Source of the DNA: the human T2T-CHM13v2.0 reference genome, Homo sapiens
Direction: 5' to 3' (one strand)
NCBI RefSeq assembly: GCF_009914755.1
Contig: NC_060937.1
Length of the DNA stretch: 64,000 bases
Both the position numbers and the translations under genes were made by a program. The notes beneath the pieces are model-generated. The model was not told the origin of the DNA. It did not search any database and saw only the letters and a program-made list of their open reading frames with translations. Below, piece by piece: positions 61,042-64,000 of this stretch. How positions within the stretch are numbered: the first letter of the stretch is position 1; every line of letters starts with the position of its first letter.

Positions 61042-61529
61042 CTGCTAGGTGGAGGAGGAGGGGTCAGGGATGGGAAGGGCTGTGGCAACCACAGCACTTG
61101 GCCTCCAGGTCTGACCACATCCTGCCCTGGGCCATTTGCTTTACTTCCCCACCAGAAGCACGAGCCAGGCCTGGAGTGGGGCCACTGGGTCCTGGAACAC
61201 CACTGTGCCTGGCACCCAGCACATCTACCTTGCACTGCTTGGTCTAAACTGCAACCAGCTTGTGGTAGGGAAGCACTTGGCCCAACACCCACACAGCCCA
61301 CCTTGGGCAGGGCTCTCTAGGACAGACACATCTGCAGGGGGACTCCCAGCCCTGACCCCTCCCCTGCCTACTGCTGCGCACCCACAGTGGGTGGCGCAGG
61401 ATAGGGCTTACCAGACTGTGCCCTTGGGCACTGCTTGATCCTCAGGGCAGGAGAAGGCCGGTGTCACCCTCAAACTCTGGATCTAGGGTCTCCCACTGGC
61501 CTCCCAAGTGTGTGCAGAAAGCACATGGA

Positions 61530-63055
<1,526 letters not shown>

Positions 63056-64000
63056 GAAAGGAGAAAAGTATGAGATATAATACCTGTACCTATACTGCCC
63101 GACTAGAAGGGCACCAGCGGGGGGGGTCCAGGGTCCTTCTCCTCCAGTCTCAGCCCCAGCCCTCCCTCTGATCCTGACCTGGGATCCTGAGTCATGACAT
63201 CCTCCTTACGGCTCAGGGGAGCAGATGACCTCCACATGGGAACTGGAAACCCACCTTCCCCCACTGGTGCACTCACCCCATCTCACCTGGCCCTTCCAAA
63301 GAGTCTGGAGGGCTCACTGCCCTTGCCCCCAGCAGTCACATGGAACCCTCTCGCTATTTTCCAACAGGTTTGCTGAGCCAAACTTCTCCCCCAGCTTTGC
63401 AGCCCTTCTGGGCCCATGTTCCCACATGGAGTCCCTGGTGACAGTTGCACCTGCTTGCTTCTTAAGGATGTGTCCTCAAAGCCACATGTTTCCCACTGGG
63501 CCCAGCCTTATAGTACCTCAGCTCACTCCATGTGGGCCTCACTAGTTTCCCCTCCCATCATAGGGTTTGCCAGATGGTTCCTGGACACTGCCCTCCCCAC
63601 CTGGCCCAACCCCTCTAGTCCCTGCTCTGCAGTGGCTCCTGAAGAATGGGGCACCCCCATGTGCTGTGACTGCCATCCCAGCCCACCAGCACTCGGGGCC
63701 CAACACGTTTTCTCATCTTGTGCTCAAATTCCCATTCACTCATGTGCTCCTTTCCAGGTGAACGGGACAGACCCCTGGCTGCGAGCACAGCTCATCTCCC
63801 CCAACTGTCACAGATTCATTAACTCTGCCATCCTTGAAGTCCCCTACAGGTCTGAACTCCACTGACCCCAAATCCATCCACACACTTGTCATTTCTGTCT
63901 AGACAGCCACAACCTCTATGAGGTCACCGCTTACACTCATCCATCTCTGGAGGTTGTATGAGTGGCCAGAGCTCCCCAGGTGAAGGCCGGGCCATGGCTG

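Overview
This is primate, almost certainly human, genomic DNA with no intact protein-coding gene; it is a mosaic of duplicated gene fragments and repeats. In order, it contains: (1) repeat-rich AT-rich DNA with a full-length but dead L1PA2/3-type LINE-1 (8843-14861, minus strand, 15-bp TSD, intact antisense ORF0); (2) an ERV1 internal fragment carrying a solo LTR8 and a fold-back inversion; (3) a complete MER85 piggyBac MITE; (4) a BAGE-exon-1-like module on both sides of a palindromic, mirror-symmetric CCAAT/TATA promoter (23456-23699), with C-rich and GA-rich degenerate repeats around it; (5) an intron-containing CENPI pseudogene fragment (+, 7 exons) whose intron holds a young 38-copy 36-bp VNTR; (6) a MADE1, a 15-bp-based VNTR and a 3'-truncated U6 copy; (7) a GC-rich duplicon with a MED15-like 3'UTR (+) and CCDC74 and SMPD4 pseudogenes (-), the latter two fused by a deletion. 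From recall, this gene order fits human 13q12.11 (CENPIP1/SMPD4P2 region), but that placement is an inference. All family assignments come from remembered sequences, not from database searches.
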